This document shows positions 40,051 to 52,832 of a stretch of DNA of 64,000 bases, piece after piece (the stretch's first letter is position 1; each line of letters begins with the position of its first letter). This DNA is from Perna viridis (taxonomy: Eukaryota): the NCBI GenBank assembly GCA_037379345.1, contig CM074514.1, forward strand, positions 13,826,001 through 13,890,000. The letters run 5' to 3'. The notes beneath the pieces are model-generated. The model was given only the letters and a program-made list of their open reading frames with translations, did not search any database and was not told where the DNA came from. The translations under genes were made by a program, and so were the position numbers.

Positions 40051-40254
40051 GTATATACCATTTTGCTAGAATTCAGATTTGGAATGTTATACAATACCAT
40101 GGGCCACAATTTGTAAATAAAGTTAAGGTTTGATTGTTTTCCAAAAAAGATATAATTTGAGGAAATATATGGATTTCAACACTTAACTGCTTATCAGTAC
40201 ATATACGATTTTCCGCAGTAATTCTGAATTAAATCATCTAAATTTGGAATTAAG

Positions 40255-40431
40255 GAACTTGGACATGATGTTAAAGACCAAGGTTTGCCCCCAGAGGAGG
40301 CAGCTTATATGGCCGCCAGGAGACTGACGATGGAACGACCCCATGACCAGTTATGGTATCGTATCAATGCCACTAGAGGACTAGGAGGAAGAAAGAAGTT
40401 AATCCCACGTGTACTTGGAACCTTCCAACAG
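40255..40431 (+). CDS. NCX exon 3 (WYRINATR motif)
   Basis: ELGHDVKDQGLPPEEAAYMAARRLTMERPHDQLWYRINATRGLGG, homologous to NCX 'FYRIQATR'. Weak AAG acceptor and GTTAAC donor. Confidence 0.9.
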
Positions 40432-40489
40432 GTTAACTTATACTGTTCTTGTTCGTTTATACTAAGTGGTTGACAACATATGAAAGAAA

Positions 40490-41739
40490 ACGGAAGCAGA
40501 TTGATAATTATTGTAAATTGAAAAAAAATGTTCAGTATTTCAATTTCTATTTTTGGTGCATATTTCAGAAAAACCTGTAGACCTTACTTGGAGTTATGGT
40601 CTTTGAAAGTGTCATTTTTTAAATTTTTTATCAGTTTTTGCCTATTATTTAGAAAACAAAAGCATATTGATGATTAATGAAAATTGATAAAATGTTCAAT
40701 ACAATTATTTAAATATCTATTTTTGGTGCAAATTTCAGTAAAGTCTGTTGACCCCTCAAGGGAGTTATGGTTCTCGAATGCGTCATTTTTTTTACGTTTT
40801 TATCAGTTTTTGCCTTTTATTTAGAAAATGAGAGCAGAATGATGATTATTATAACGATAGAATGTTTAGTATTTCAATATCTATTTTGGGTGCAAATTTC
40901 AGAAAAAAATATTTTGACCCTTCTTGTAGTTATGGTCCTTGAAAGTGTTATTTTTGACGTTTTTTTTATAATCAGTTTTTGACTATTATTTGTGTAAATT
41001 GATCAAATGTCAGTATTTCAAGATCTATTTTTGATGCAAATTTCAGAAAAACCTGTTGACACTTCTTGGAGTTATGTTTCTCGAATGTGTCATTTTTTAC
41101 GTTTTTACCAGTTTTTACATGTCGAGGATAATTGTGAATTGATTGAATGTTCAGTATTATAAGATCTATTTTTGACGCAAATTTCAAAAAAAATCTGTAG
41201 ACACTTCTTGTAATTATGGCCTTAGAAACACTTAGAAATCCCTTGGGACCAGGATTTTTTTTAATCACAAAAATTATCATTAGATAATTCTGTTTCTATT
41301 AATGAGTTATTATGTGTGTTCTCCGACATGTGCGCTTGCTATTTTATGCTGTTTATACTATGCCCAGTTTTTCGTTAATCTCCTCTTTTTGCCCAGAAAT
41401 TGTCGTTTTGATCATTTTTCCTGTTTTTGCCTGTTGTTAACAAAGCAATAGCATATTGATTATTAATGTAAATTTTAAATATATATATGTATTTAAAGAT
41501 CTATAATTTGTGCAAATTTAGGTATAAATATGTTGCTTTCATTTTTAATGTTATTTTTGCCCTTTTAGCAAGTTGTTTACATAAGTGGGATGACGATTAA
41601 TGTTTAAATGTTCAGTATCATGGCAAATATCTGTGCAAATTTGGTCAAAGGTGTTTGACCATTTTTAGGTTTTGCATGTATTCAACTTCTAAAGCTATAA
41701 AATCAGGTGAGCGATTCAGGCTCTTTGGAGCCTCTTGTC
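40490..41739 (+). mobile_element. Truncated HINE-like element with internal 140-170-bp satellite array (in NCX intron 3)
   Basis: AATGTTCAGTATT-like units at about 40527, 40691, 40861, 41006 and 41146. Ends with CAGGTGAGCGATTCAGGCTCTTTGGAGCCTCTTGT (about 41704-41738). Confidence 0.75.
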
Positions 41740-41854
41740 AAAATATCTTTAATATTGCTTTACAAGAGATAAAGTAAATTGAACTTGTGTGAAAACTCAG
41801 GTCAACATAATAATAGATTTGCAGTTAAATGTTCGACTGTTTTTATTTTCTTAG

Positions 41855-42048
41855 ATATACAACCACATTCAAACACCTGAAGAAGAGAGAGGTGACTTGG
41901 CAGTAACCAAGAAGAAAGATCATTCAGAAGGTGGAGCTAAAGCAGTAATCGAGTTCACTGCTGCCGAAACGGCAGTCTTAGAGTCGGATAAGAAAGTCAG
42001 AATCGGGATCCGACGTCATGGAAAAACAAGTCACCCCTGTACTGTAAG
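41855..42048 (+). CDS. NCX exon 4 (start of Calx-beta 1)
   Basis: TTAG acceptor and GTAATG donor. AVIEFTAAETAVLESDKKVRIGIRRHGKTSHPCTV. Confidence 0.93.
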
Positions 42049-42351
42049 GTAATGTCCATAAAAAAATCCAAGGTGCTCTTATTCCTTGGACATTAAGTAG
42101 AAATCTACCGCAATCATTGAATGTGTTGTGTTTACACCAAGGCCAGAGATCAAAGACAGCCACATAATAGTTTATATTCATTAATAGATACTTTATTGTA
42201 CAGAAGAAAAACAAATTTTAAGCAGAATTGCTTTCATTATTATAGATTCATAGTATTGAATAACTGCTTGTCTACAGATAAAAACTTGCTTGTCATTGGA
42301 CTTGAAAAATATGTTAATAGAAACTTTTAAACTCAATTTTAACCATTTCAG

Positions 42352-42599
42352 AGTAGAAACATTAAATGGTACTGCAGTTGCCCACGAAGATTACATACCA
42401 TTCGACCAGGAAATTAAGTTCGACGCTAATGAGGAACTAAGACAAATCTTTATCGAAATCGTCGACGATAACGAATGGGAGCCTGACGAATTTTTCTTTG
42501 TCAAATTACAGCTTATCAAAACCCCAGATGGCGATGAACCAGAAGACATTGCACTAGGAAACATGGCCATTACACAAGTATTGATTATAAATGATGATG
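42352..42599 (+). CDS. NCX exon 5 (Calx-beta 1)
   Basis: VETLNGTAVAHEDY...IEIVDDNEWEPDEFFFVKL...IINDD, canonical splice sites. Confidence 0.95.
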
Positions 42600-42879
42600 G
42601 TAGGTTGAAAATAAAGATGTCGGTCTGTCTGTAGGCTATTTGCAATATGTATTTATTAATTTAACCAGTACTAATGTCTTATATTGGGTTAGTAGTTTAA
42701 TAGTACATCACATTGTATCCTTGATCAATGAAACAATATATATATAAATTTATATATTGGTGGTCCTTTGATATCCCAAAGATCTACCAAACCCATTGTA
42801 AATGAGAAAACATTAGGCCGTTTGCTTTTTTACTTCCTCTATCAGACGTCAAAATTAATTTCATAATGATTTCTTTTAG

Positions 42880-43112
42880 AACCTGGAAAATTAGAGTTTG
42901 CAAAGCCAAGTATCATTGCCCAAGAGAGTGGGCGGAAGGTCCGAGTTCCGGTACAGAGAATCGGTGGAGCCGATGGTCACGTGTCTGTTAAATGGACTAC
43001 AAAAGACATAACTGCTGTTTCGGGGACTGATTATGAGGGTGGAGATGGAATACTGAAATTCGACCATGGAGAAATTACAAAATCTATCGATATTCCCATT
43101 CACGATAGCAAG
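42880..43112 (+). CDS. NCX exon 6 (Calx-beta 2)
   Basis: EPGKLEFAKPSIIAQESGRKVRVPVQRIGGADGHVSVKWTTKDITAVSGTDY...IPIHDSK, TTAG acceptor and GTGAAT donor. Confidence 0.95.
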
Positions 43113-43269
43113 GTGAATATGAAACTTTGAATTCCTTGTTCTTCTAACTTCCTGTTTACATGACTTGCTGTATAAATACCAATGCATCTGTTCATAAGCC
43201 ATTCATCTATTACTAAGAAATTTAAAACAGTTTTGCGCTCCTCACAAACGTCATCATGTATTGTTTCAG

Positions 43270-43375
43270 AAAAAAGAAAGAGACGAAAGTTTCCAGATAA
43301 CCCTTGGAGAATGTGACGGCGGTGCTGAATTAGGAAAGATCGCAAAGACTATCGTTACTATTGTTGTGGACGAAG
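43270..43375 (+). CDS. NCX exon 7 (end of Calx-beta 2)
   Basis: KKERDESFQITLGECDGGAELGKIAKTIVTIVVDE, TTTCAG acceptor and GTAAC donor. Confidence 0.92.
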
Positions 43376-43549
43376 GTAACAATCTTCAAAGTTACTGCGG
43401 GTTTAAAACAACCATAATTTTTACTGTTTCAATATGAAATTATTGAAAGCCAAAATATTACCTCTTACGTTTTTTTTTCAGTTAAGGAATGATTAGCACC
43501 ATTAAACAGGACTTTTTCTAACCTTCAATTTAAGTTAAAATTGTGTGCT

Positions 43550-44426
43550 TTATTGTGTCCAAACCAGTTGTTGTGTCCATAAAAACTGTTAGTCCTTATG
43601 TCTGTCTGTGCGAACTATTATTACGCAGCCTGCATCATTGTTATGAAACTTCGTGGGATTCTTTGGGTGTAAATATCCAGTGGAGACGTGCATACTTTCA
43701 GGAACTTTATGTGTGAACAAAAATTGTATAAATGACGGCCGTTGAACTTTTTGGGCGCTTTTCATCAAAACTTTTTCTCACGCGTTGTCCGCAACTCCTC
43801 TCCAACGACTGGCAGAATTGTTACGAAACTTATTGGAGTGTTAGATTGTCTTATTGGGATGTGCATATTGTCAGCAATTTATTTTGGGGCAAATATTATA
43901 CAAGTGACGGCTGTTTGAACTTAGGCATGTTTCAGAAAAACGGTCTGAAATGTTGTCTGCAACACCTCATTAACGACTTTCAGGATTGTAATGAAATTCA
44001 ATGGAGTGTAAGATTATCATATTTGGGTAAAATTTGTATAAGTGAAGGCTGTTGAACTTGGGCGTTCTTCAGCTAAACTTGGTCTCATGTGTTGTCCGCA
44101 ACTCCTTCTCAACAACTTGCAGGATTGTTATGAAACTTAATGGGGTGTCAAATTACCACATTGGGATGTGCATATTGTCAGGAATTTATGCTTAAAATAA
44201 ATGTGCACTCATATTCTGTCATTTTGTTGTCAACAACAAAAATGTACTGATGGTGGTTTGTAGTTGGATGTTATAGAAATAGCAACAAAATTGTGTGTCA
44301 AGAATTCTTAGTTAATCCCCATTAAAATTGTGTCCAATATGAATCATGTGTCCACATTGGTCCCCAAATGTACAAGGTTCAGCAGGCTGCGGGGGTATTA
44401 GTCCTGTTAGGGGCAGTATCTAGTTT
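43550..44426 (+). mobile_element. HINE/pearl-like element with diverged internal repeats (NCX intron 7)
   Basis: TGTCTGTCTG head, three GTTGTC(C/T)GCAAC units, and a GCGGGGGTATTAGTCCTGTTAGGGGCAGTATCTAGTTT 3' end. Confidence 0.65.
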
Positions 44427-44526
44427 GAATTGCTTTTCGGTCAGGTCTAATAAATTCATTACACTGATATTTACAAAAATATTTGTATGTATGAGCGTAT
44501 AGTTGAACAGGTGAATAATCTTTCAG

Positions 44527-44705
44527 AATTCAATGGACTTGTAAGCCGAATTATGAACATGACCAAAGTTAACATGGATGCTCTTCAGATCGAAGAATCT
44601 ACATACCCTGCTCAATTTATGGAGGCGATGAATGTTAATGGAGGAGATTTACAGGGGGCTACTGTTACGGATTACGTGATGCATTTTGTCACTTTCTTTT
44701 GGAAG
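44527..44705 (+). CDS. NCX exon 8
   Basis: EFNGLVSRIMNMTKVNMDAL...QFMEAMNVNGG...DYVMHFVTFFWK, TTTCAG acceptor and GTAAGG donor. Confidence 0.95.
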
Positions 44706-44874
44706 GTAAGGTATTCGAATGAACTTTTTTTTAAATTTCGAGCACTTTGTGTAGAGACGACACAAAAGCTTAAACCGTAAAAGTAAGTACATAGGTAAAA
44801 ATAGTTAAATAAAATAAGGGAAAGGAAATTAGAAATACATTTGTATTTAATATTGTTCTGTTATTCTTTTTTAG

Positions 44875-45216
44875 ATTCTTTTTGCCTTCATCCCACCATG
44901 CAAATACCTAGGAGGATGGCCTACTTTTGTAATTTCTCTCTCTGTCATCGGATTTATGACCGCCATAATTGGTGATTTGGCAGGAATTTTTGGATGTTTA
45001 GTGCACCTTCCAAAACCAATAACTGCCATCACACTTGTTGCTCTGGGAACCAGTATGCCTGACACCTTCGCCAGTAAGACTGCTGCCATTAACGAAAAAT
45101 CAGCTGACAGTTCTGTTGGGAATATTAATGGAAGTAATTCTGTCAATGTATTTCTCGGTTTAGGTCTCCCATGGGTTATTGCTACAATATATCATGCAGT
45201 GAATCCAGACATTGCT
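44875..45216 (+). CDS. NCX exon 9 (alpha-2 repeat)
   Basis: ILFAFIPP...TAIIGDLA..FGC...ITAITLVALGTSMPDTFASK...ADSSVGNINGSNSVNVFLGLGLPW. Confidence 0.97.
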
Positions 45217-45488
45217 GTAAGTTTTCTTTATTTTTTTTTATATTTTGGCTTTTGCACGATTTTCCGAGTACTATATATTTCAACCTACTTGGCACTAGAA
45301 ACATATTTTTCATACAAATATTAGATTGAACCATTTGAGACTTATTTATTAATATTTGTCAGGTACAAGATTGGGACCAAGAATCCATTTTAACTAATTA
45401 TATAAAAACGAAAAAGTAAAAATATAGTCGTATTTTTATTGATTATTTTTTATTCTACAAGATCTAATCATGTTTTTTTTATTTTTAG

Positions 45489-45728
45489 GGCGGTGTCTTT
45501 AAGGTACCAGCAGATTCTCTTGGATTTTCTGTCGTCGTTTATACAGCATGTGCCATAACAGCTGTATTCATTTTGATCTTAAGAAGAAATCTTGGATTTT
45601 TCGGCAATGCAGAACTAGGTGGACCTAAAATGTCAAAAATTCTTAGTGGTGTTGTATTTGTGTTCTTATGGCTAATATATGTATTGCTATCTTCTTTCCA
45701 AACCAAAGGATATATTTCTGGATTTTAG
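45489..45728 (+). CDS. NCX final coding exon
   Basis: GGVFKVPADSLGFSVVVY...RRN..FFGNAELGGPK...LWLIYVLLSSFQTKGYISGF then TAG. The ten exons sum to 2544 nt (847 aa plus stop) in frame. Confidence 0.96.
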   Translation, partial: GGVFKVPADSLGFSVVVYTACAITAVFILILRRNLGFFGNAELGGPKMSKILSGVVFVFLWLIYVLLSSFQTKGYISGF

Positions 45729-47338
45729 AAATAATTTATAGGATTGAATTAATTTAGTTTTAAGGAAAATAATATTTTTGTATTTTTAAGAACAAATGGA
45801 TAATGCTTCATCAAAGTTTGCTGAAGTTAGTCAATATCACAGTGAGCATATACTGTTATAAAAGAATATATTATTTGGAATGTAATGATATAACTCGTAT
45901 GGCCCTTTGGCTAAATTTTGCATTGAGCTCTAGAATGTTTCACTACAAAGTAACAATAATTGGAGAAGAGAGAATGTTCCACACAGACAATATGGAGTCT
46001 TAATGATCCGTCCCCATCCATGTATAGTTTAGGTTTGCATTTTCCCTGAAAATCCTGTCATAGGCTTTTTGGGTATAACTAAACAATGGTTGTTTGGTCT
46101 CAGTGTAGAAGGTAATACCACCTTTCTGATATTCCATTAAAAAGTATTGCTACAATAAACAATTAAGACTTAATCAAAGAAATTATAGAATTTTCTGGTG
46201 GAAATTAAATTGCTTTCATGTTTTGTAGAATTATTTTTGTAAAACATTATTTACTAACATTGAAAATGAATTAAAATCAAGTCACCATGGTTGTTCCATC
46301 TTTATTTCGGCTCATGTAAATGGACATGAAAGGGGTACTTCACGACATGACAGGGGTACTTCACTGAAGATCACATTGATTTAGCTTTATATCAGTGGTT
46401 CTACCTCCATATTCAGACGGTGTGTATATTTTTAAAAATATTTATATATTTATTGTCGTGAAATGGTGATGAATTTCACAGATATTTCTATATTATATAT
46501 CTTTCCCCTCAGTTTTATGAGAATGTGTGATCTCGCTCTTATAATGAAGGCATTAATTGTGAGTTGTAACTTTTCTGAATGTTTTTATTCTATCTTTTTT
46601 TATCAGTTGCTACTATGTTTGCCATTTGATAGCTCGTTATGCCTGGAATGAAAGTAGCTTATTTTCCGTATGATATAATATGATGTCCCGACGATTCAGT
46701 GCTTTTTAATGTTATTTTTAAATATGAATGTTTACAAGCGTATTCATGACGTAATTGATGTACATGTATTTCCATATTTATGTGTTTTTATACTTTTTAC
46801 CAAGTTTGTATTATCATGATGTATTTTTTTAAATGAATTTTACCGTAAAGAAAGGGTAATTCACATGAAATCTGAGGAGAGTATATTAATGTGCTTCGAC
46901 ATTATTTAGTGATAAATCCAACTTCATGACCATCTCATATAAAAATGCAGGTTTATATTCAAATTATACATCTTTGACCATGAGTATATAAAGTTATAGT
47001 AAAAAGAGCTTGATAATAAGTTTGAAATTAAGGAGAAAAAAAACAAAGCGTCTTTAAGATTAATTTTTTTTCATTTTATAATTGTACAAGTATTTTTAAG
47101 GCTCTACAGGACGAACCACGTGACAATTTGATAACCAATTCAAATGTTGCTTACGTGCTTATCTAAGTTGTAAAGTATATTATTGTACATTATATTTATT
47201 TCTTTTTATATGATTTTAGTATTTTACACGAATTGTGAGTTGTAGTTCGCTTTAATACAAATTAAATAAATTGTATAGATAATTCTGTCTCCGTTCATCC
47301 CTTTTTATATTGGTTATTAACATATTTTGTTTCTGTAC

Positions 47339-48084
47339 TTATACAATGGCTGGCTCATCAGAGATCGACATACCCAAAGTGGGGTTTGGTTCTTTGTTCT
47401 CTATAGTTCTTATCATTCCACGATCTTCCTGTGTTTGTTCACTTATTTTGTCCACTTTACCGTTCATGCTTATTGCTTCGTCACCAGGCTCTTTCGACTT
47501 TTTGTTTTTACTCTTGCTGTTGATTGAATTGTCATGAACCGGAGGGGACAGTGTTGACATGACCGTTGAAAGTTTTTCTAGGAGTAAAGGAACGTAGCAT
47601 ATGAGGTTTGAGAATGGTTTTTCAGATGGACTTATTTTTCTGTTTAAAACACTCAAATCTTCTTCAAAAACTGCACCAGGCTTAAGCATTTGTTGTAAAT
47701 CATCTACCAGGCATTGTACGATGCTACAATCATCGTCTACTTCATCAGTCAAGTGGTTTGTACTAAAATTCTGCGTAGTCAGCTTTTTCTCGATATCTTC
47801 CACAACCAATCGAATAGAGTTCACTATCATTAAAAATTCACGAAAAAGGTCTACTCGTACACCCGTTGATACTGCACGAGTTTTATTTAAGTATGTATAT
47901 AGTTCCAGTAATTCGGCAAGAGAAACTATATGGTCCTGTCCTTTTGGCATGATAATGTTTAACGTTCGAATAAAATCATACATTGTTTCATCAAAGTTCA
48001 CCGATCTCTCCTTAATTTTGAGAATTTCATCCGATATTTGATTCCTCCACACCTCTGTCAAAAGACCATCTGAGTGCTCAGTTA
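47339..48084 (-). CDS. Death domain/TRADD-N-like protein, final exon (helical C-terminal region)
   Basis: TTGCAG acceptor at 48085-48090. Long ORF VTEHSDGLLTEVWRNQ...EPAIV then TAA. Phase 1 matches the previous exon. Confidence 0.8.
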
Positions 48085-48960
48085 CTGCAACAAAAATTAT
48101 AGAACTAAAAAAACAAATGTTTGCTTTCATCATTTGCCAAGAGAAATAAACATTTAAATTTTCCACTTTGACATAATTACTGCTGGAACAGGGTTGTGGA
48201 GGTAAATGCCATATGATAACTTCATTGGTCAATATATAGCGGCAACTTAAAAAAATCTGTTATGTGACCATGGTAACAAAGTGACAAATAAGTTTAATTA
48301 AGATCTGTATGTAGTGAAATGTAACTTGATCTACCTTGGGTTCAACATGTACAACTGAAGCGACTCACATTTACAGATCGTGTGCATTTAAATTTCGCCA
48401 AGACTATCATAAATCACTTATAAAAACCATGATTATTAAGTTACCTAAAGTGCATGGCTTGAACCTTTATGGATCAATTTGTTTGGTTATACCGAGATAG
48501 CATAAATCTACTTGATAGTTATCAGGGCGAATTTTAAGTCCATATATCCAGTATAATTTGGTAATCTCCTGTGTAACCCAAAAATACCTGGTGAAGATAT
48601 ACCCCTCAAAATATACAATATTTTACCCCTGAAATCAATAAATAATTATTTGTTCATTTACGAACATTAGTTTTATAATATTGATCGTTTATTATCAACC
48701 CGCATGATTTCATGGGGTAAAATAGTATTTGCTATTTTTTCTTTACTTAGAACCAGCTTTTTTGAGGGGGAATATTTTACAAGGTATTTTTGTACATTAT
48801 TTTAGTATGGTCTTCACCCCGTTACATTTCCAATTTAAAGTTTACCAGGGATATTTTTTCCTCGGATCGGTCCAATATGTAGATTAAATTAAGAGTAAAC
48901 CTGGCAATTGTTTCTATTAAGTACACTAAAAAATCTAATGGTAAATATAAATGTACTAAC

Positions 48961-49443
48961 CTGATATTGGTTCAACAGAAGGCTGCGAGTCAAAAGATGG
49001 TGGGGCTAAGGTGTCAGTGGGATGAACACATTCCTTGAACTTTCGCGTCAAGAAAAACTCCCTACATTTGTCTAGGGCCTCATTTGATAAGTCTATTTTA
49101 ATGTCTACATATTTGGCACCAATTGTCTTCATGGCATTTTCTGTAACGAACACATTTTGGCAAATAGCGTGCAAACGACGAGTTTTATACATTTGATTTA
49201 ACGATTCCACTGCACCAAGTGTCAAGATTTTGAATCTCACATACAAGCTACCCTCGCTTATATCAGTCACAAACATCTCACGAATATTTATAGCATTTTC
49301 TAATGTTTTCATGTGCAGTTCAGGGTTAACTAAAACTGCCTCATAAAACGAGGATGCGATCTCATTGAATCTTTCCTTCCAGAGGCCCACAAATTCTTTC
49401 ACTGGATCAATGTGAGCAACTGTTATCTTTAAGCCAACTTCAC
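48961..49443 (-). CDS. Death domain/TRADD-N-like protein, exon 5 (TRADD-N-like domain)
   Basis: AACAG acceptor and GTTAGT donor, 483 nt. EGSLYVRFKILTLGAVESLNQMYKTRRLHAICQNVFVTENAMKTIGAKYVDIKIDLSNEALDKCREFF fits the invertebrate TRADD-like N-terminal domain pattern (by eye). Confidence 0.8.
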
Positions 49444-50419
49444 CTGTTGTAAAAACAAAAAAAAGTGTAATGACCATGGATCCTATTTCTCAAAAAAAAG
49501 TTTCAACCTATGTAATATATGTGAGCTATCTACATATAATTTGTTTTGTAATTAGCCATGTTATTGGTTCTCTTTGGAAAACCTAGGTTATTTTATAATG
49601 AACTCATTACAAAGATGTATCACACTTTCATTCTTTTTTTTATACAGCCATTTAATTCTAAAATAGTAACATCATCTACATAATCTCCATCTGACAGTTT
49701 CAACAACAAAAACGTGCATTTTGGAATGGTCTGTATCCGCCATTTCTATTCATACTTGACATCAATGAAACAATACAGGCGTCAATATCGAACGCGTCGA
49801 TTCTTTTCGAACTGGTTATTGCGTCCATTCAAATATAGGGATAAACTGCACAGTCGATTTATCGGGCTTTTGTATTGAAATGAACAAGAAAATTACTACA
49901 ATATATGGGTGTATGTTCATATGTACCTGTAACGACTGATACCATATTCAATGGTGATTTAAGGTGTAAAAATTCAAACATTCGATTGAAATTGATTCAG
50001 TACATGTGCACTATGACTGTATGAAGTATGTGTTTATATCACATCAAACGCATGTTTCGTGTGATTTTAATGTCTCATATTGTATTGATCGTTAAGATAA
50101 TTTCACTTCAATCAATTCATCATATTATGTATTAAGTGAAATGCTAGAGGCTGTCTGGCAAGCTATTTTCTGATTTGCTGCCATCCGAACGGAACGGAAT
50201 TCCAACCTCTCACGCTGTTTGAGTAGCATCACACGACGCTAACCTCGAAAATTACGGGATTCGTTTATGAATAACGTTACTGTCGTGTGTGGCAAAAGAA
50301 AATGTAAAACGCGTTTTCCATCCATCCAAGTAAACAAGCATTCAAATAAAGGTACTTTACATTGTTTTCTTCAAGTTTAAAAAAAATAAAATAAACGCGA
50401 TATAGTAATAACCACTCAC

Positions 50420-50518
50420 ATGCATTGATGCCTCTATGTAATGACGGCTGTCTGTGACCCTTTGAACTGCCAGGTCTTTTGGCACTACCTGATCTGCTTT
50501 GGGGCCGTGAGACACAAC
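50420..50518 (-). CDS. Death domain protein, exon 4 (basic linker)
   Basis: TTTCAG acceptor and GTGAGT donor. GCVSRPQSRSGSAKRPGSSKGHRQPSLHRGINA, phase 1-1. Confidence 0.75.
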
Positions 50519-52448
50519 CTGAAATAAAAATAACAAACAATGCAAGAACATAATGTTAGGATAAGACTTTACAGGTAATGTAAGATCAATACTTGCTCTC
50601 AATATAAGTGTTGTTGGTCGTTGATGTGATTCGTAATGCTGAGGCCATTTATCTACTGATTCATTTTGAAGTAAAGAACATGTAGCAGCTAGAATCATAT
50701 TATTCTTACCACTGTTTTGATTATTGAATATCGAAGGCAGGTGAACAGCAGACATTTTAACGACATTTAACATCAACAAATACTTAAGTAAATTAAGTCA
50801 ATGAATTATGTACGGCACCATTAAACACAGACAAACACTTATAAATGTACAGTTATAATCCCATCAAATCCAACATTGTCCTAAATCTTTCACAAACCGA
50901 CGAAACCGTATAGTAGGAGTAAACTTGTGTGTTTGTTAAGAGATTAAAGGTGTTGTAATATTAGTTCCCAAAGAGGTCATTGTGGTTGATTATACTGTAT
51001 TGATCAACTAAACTTCGTTTGATATTTACATACGTTTCTTTGGTGCATTACGGATTAACATATGCAGCCATATCATATGTCTGGTTTTAGCTTGTATACT
51101 TAAACTTGACTAATGGGTTTTTAATATGAAGTACGGAACAAATATTACAGCGGTACAGAAAATACCAGTGCACAATAGTTTCTTATCCAATATATAACCA
51201 ACATGATTTGATGGCACTGTCACTTCAAATTGTACCTTAAATCCCCAAATTAAACGAAATTCAGGCGACGTTTCTAAGAAATAATGCAAATGTAAAAGAA
51301 AAAGCAACATCATCAGTGGGTACAATCGACTTGAAAAAAACTACCTGCCATTGTATGATGCCATATTAAGAAATCCAATATAGCCTCCGTCTAAAGACGA
51401 AAATAGGGAAAATCGTAGAGGCTTAATATTTGGTTTAAAAATAGGTCACCGCAAGGGCTTCTGATCAGCCATTTTAATAAAAAAAAATGGTTGCCATTCC
51501 ATGATGGCCATCGGTCGAGAATCAAAAAGAAATAAACAAAAAAAAATAGATCACGGAGCCGTAGGAACTAATCAATTTACGGAACTTCTGCAGTCAAGAA
51601 TGAAAATGCAATGTGCTGATAACCAAATAATACTTATTTCGTTTGCATTTAAACAAAATTTCGTGTTTTGTTTACACTGTTTTGGAGTTGGAGCACGCAG
51701 GGATATCACATGCCTTTAACGAAATATGTGGAAATCATACGGGTTTGGACGTTGGCAATTATTGGGAAGTATAGTGCATATATAACATCATTTTGACAGT
51801 TATTCCTTTTTTTAAGAACATTACAGCATTAGTAAAATATCACTGATCATCCGTGTTATTCACGATCCTCAACGTCCTCCATTCACGACCAAGCTAAAAT
51901 TCTTGACTTATATTATCGATCTGATAAGGTGTCGTGATTGTAAATGTCAACAGGACAATGATATCTGAATCACAATTTGCAGCTTGTCTACAAGTATCAC
52001 TTTCATCTTAAGAGGTATATATTAATGTCGGTTTTCTCAAACAATTCACTAAGAATTACCTCCAAACATGAGAATTTTGTGTCCTGGATTTTTTGTTCAG
52101 TATAATTTCTCACCTGACTTTTTTTTCACTCAAGCATGTCCTGGATTTTTTTTTTAAACCACATCCTGTTTTTTTTCTACCACTTGCAATCTGCCTTTTT
52201 ATTTTACCTAACTGTTCATCCCGTTTTAACCATCCATCCTCGTCTTACCTAGCCCCACTATAAGAATCAAACGGTCGCTCCCTTAAATAGTAAGTGAAAT
52301 ACATTGTAGACTGATATTTGGAAGTTATCATACCCAACAGGAACTCAATCATTCAAGACAAATTGAATAGTCAATATATGATCTTTGAAAAAAATTAAAG
52401 AATGCGTTATCTAAAGATACTTCGTGATCCAGGACCCGTATAAATTAC

Positions 52449-52568
52449 CGTTCTGTTCTTTTTTACCGGTTCCAGGTCTTTTCTTAGATGCTGACGACTG
52501 TCTCGAAGGCGGACGAGATAGTGATGGCACTTTCTCAAACGTCTGAAACTCAAGGCGCCCAATCTCTT
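52449..52568 (-). CDS. Death domain protein, exon 3 (basic linker)
   Basis: Acceptor TTTCTTTGAAG and donor GTAATT. EEIGRLEFQTFEKVPSLSRPPSRQSSASKKRPGTGKKEQN, phase 1-1. Confidence 0.75.
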
Positions 52569-52757
52569 CTTCAAAGAAAAAATAATTTTAAAAAGGTTTG
52601 TGAGTTGTAAAGGACAATTATACATTCTATGTTTTTCGAATAAATTTACATAAATTTTACGATCATGCGTAAGTCAGCACATCACTGATGTAAGAGCCAT
52701 CGAACCAGGTCCAATTTGACAATTTAATGACTTATAGAATTTGTACTTCTATCAAAT

Positions 52758-52832
52758 CACAGGGGCTTGCTTCCACTATCAAGTATACAGCACCACTAGT
52801 ATATATTTTGATAGTAGGAGCAAGCCCCTGTG
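52758..52832. mobile_element. 75-bp palindromic MITE with 7-bp TSD
   Basis: CACAGGGGCTTGCTTCCACTATCAA versus TTGATAGTAGGAGCAAGCCCCTGTG. Flanked by ATCAAAT at 52751-52757 and 52833-52839. Confidence 0.85.

Noticed and set aside
39136-48041. Antisense ORFs over NCX exons and 47601-48041 opposite the DD gene
   Set aside because: Shadow ORFs of real coding exons.
52407-52625. ORF-track translation MYNCPLQ...
   Set aside because: Wrong frame. The splice-consistent frame gives EEIGRLEFQTFEK...
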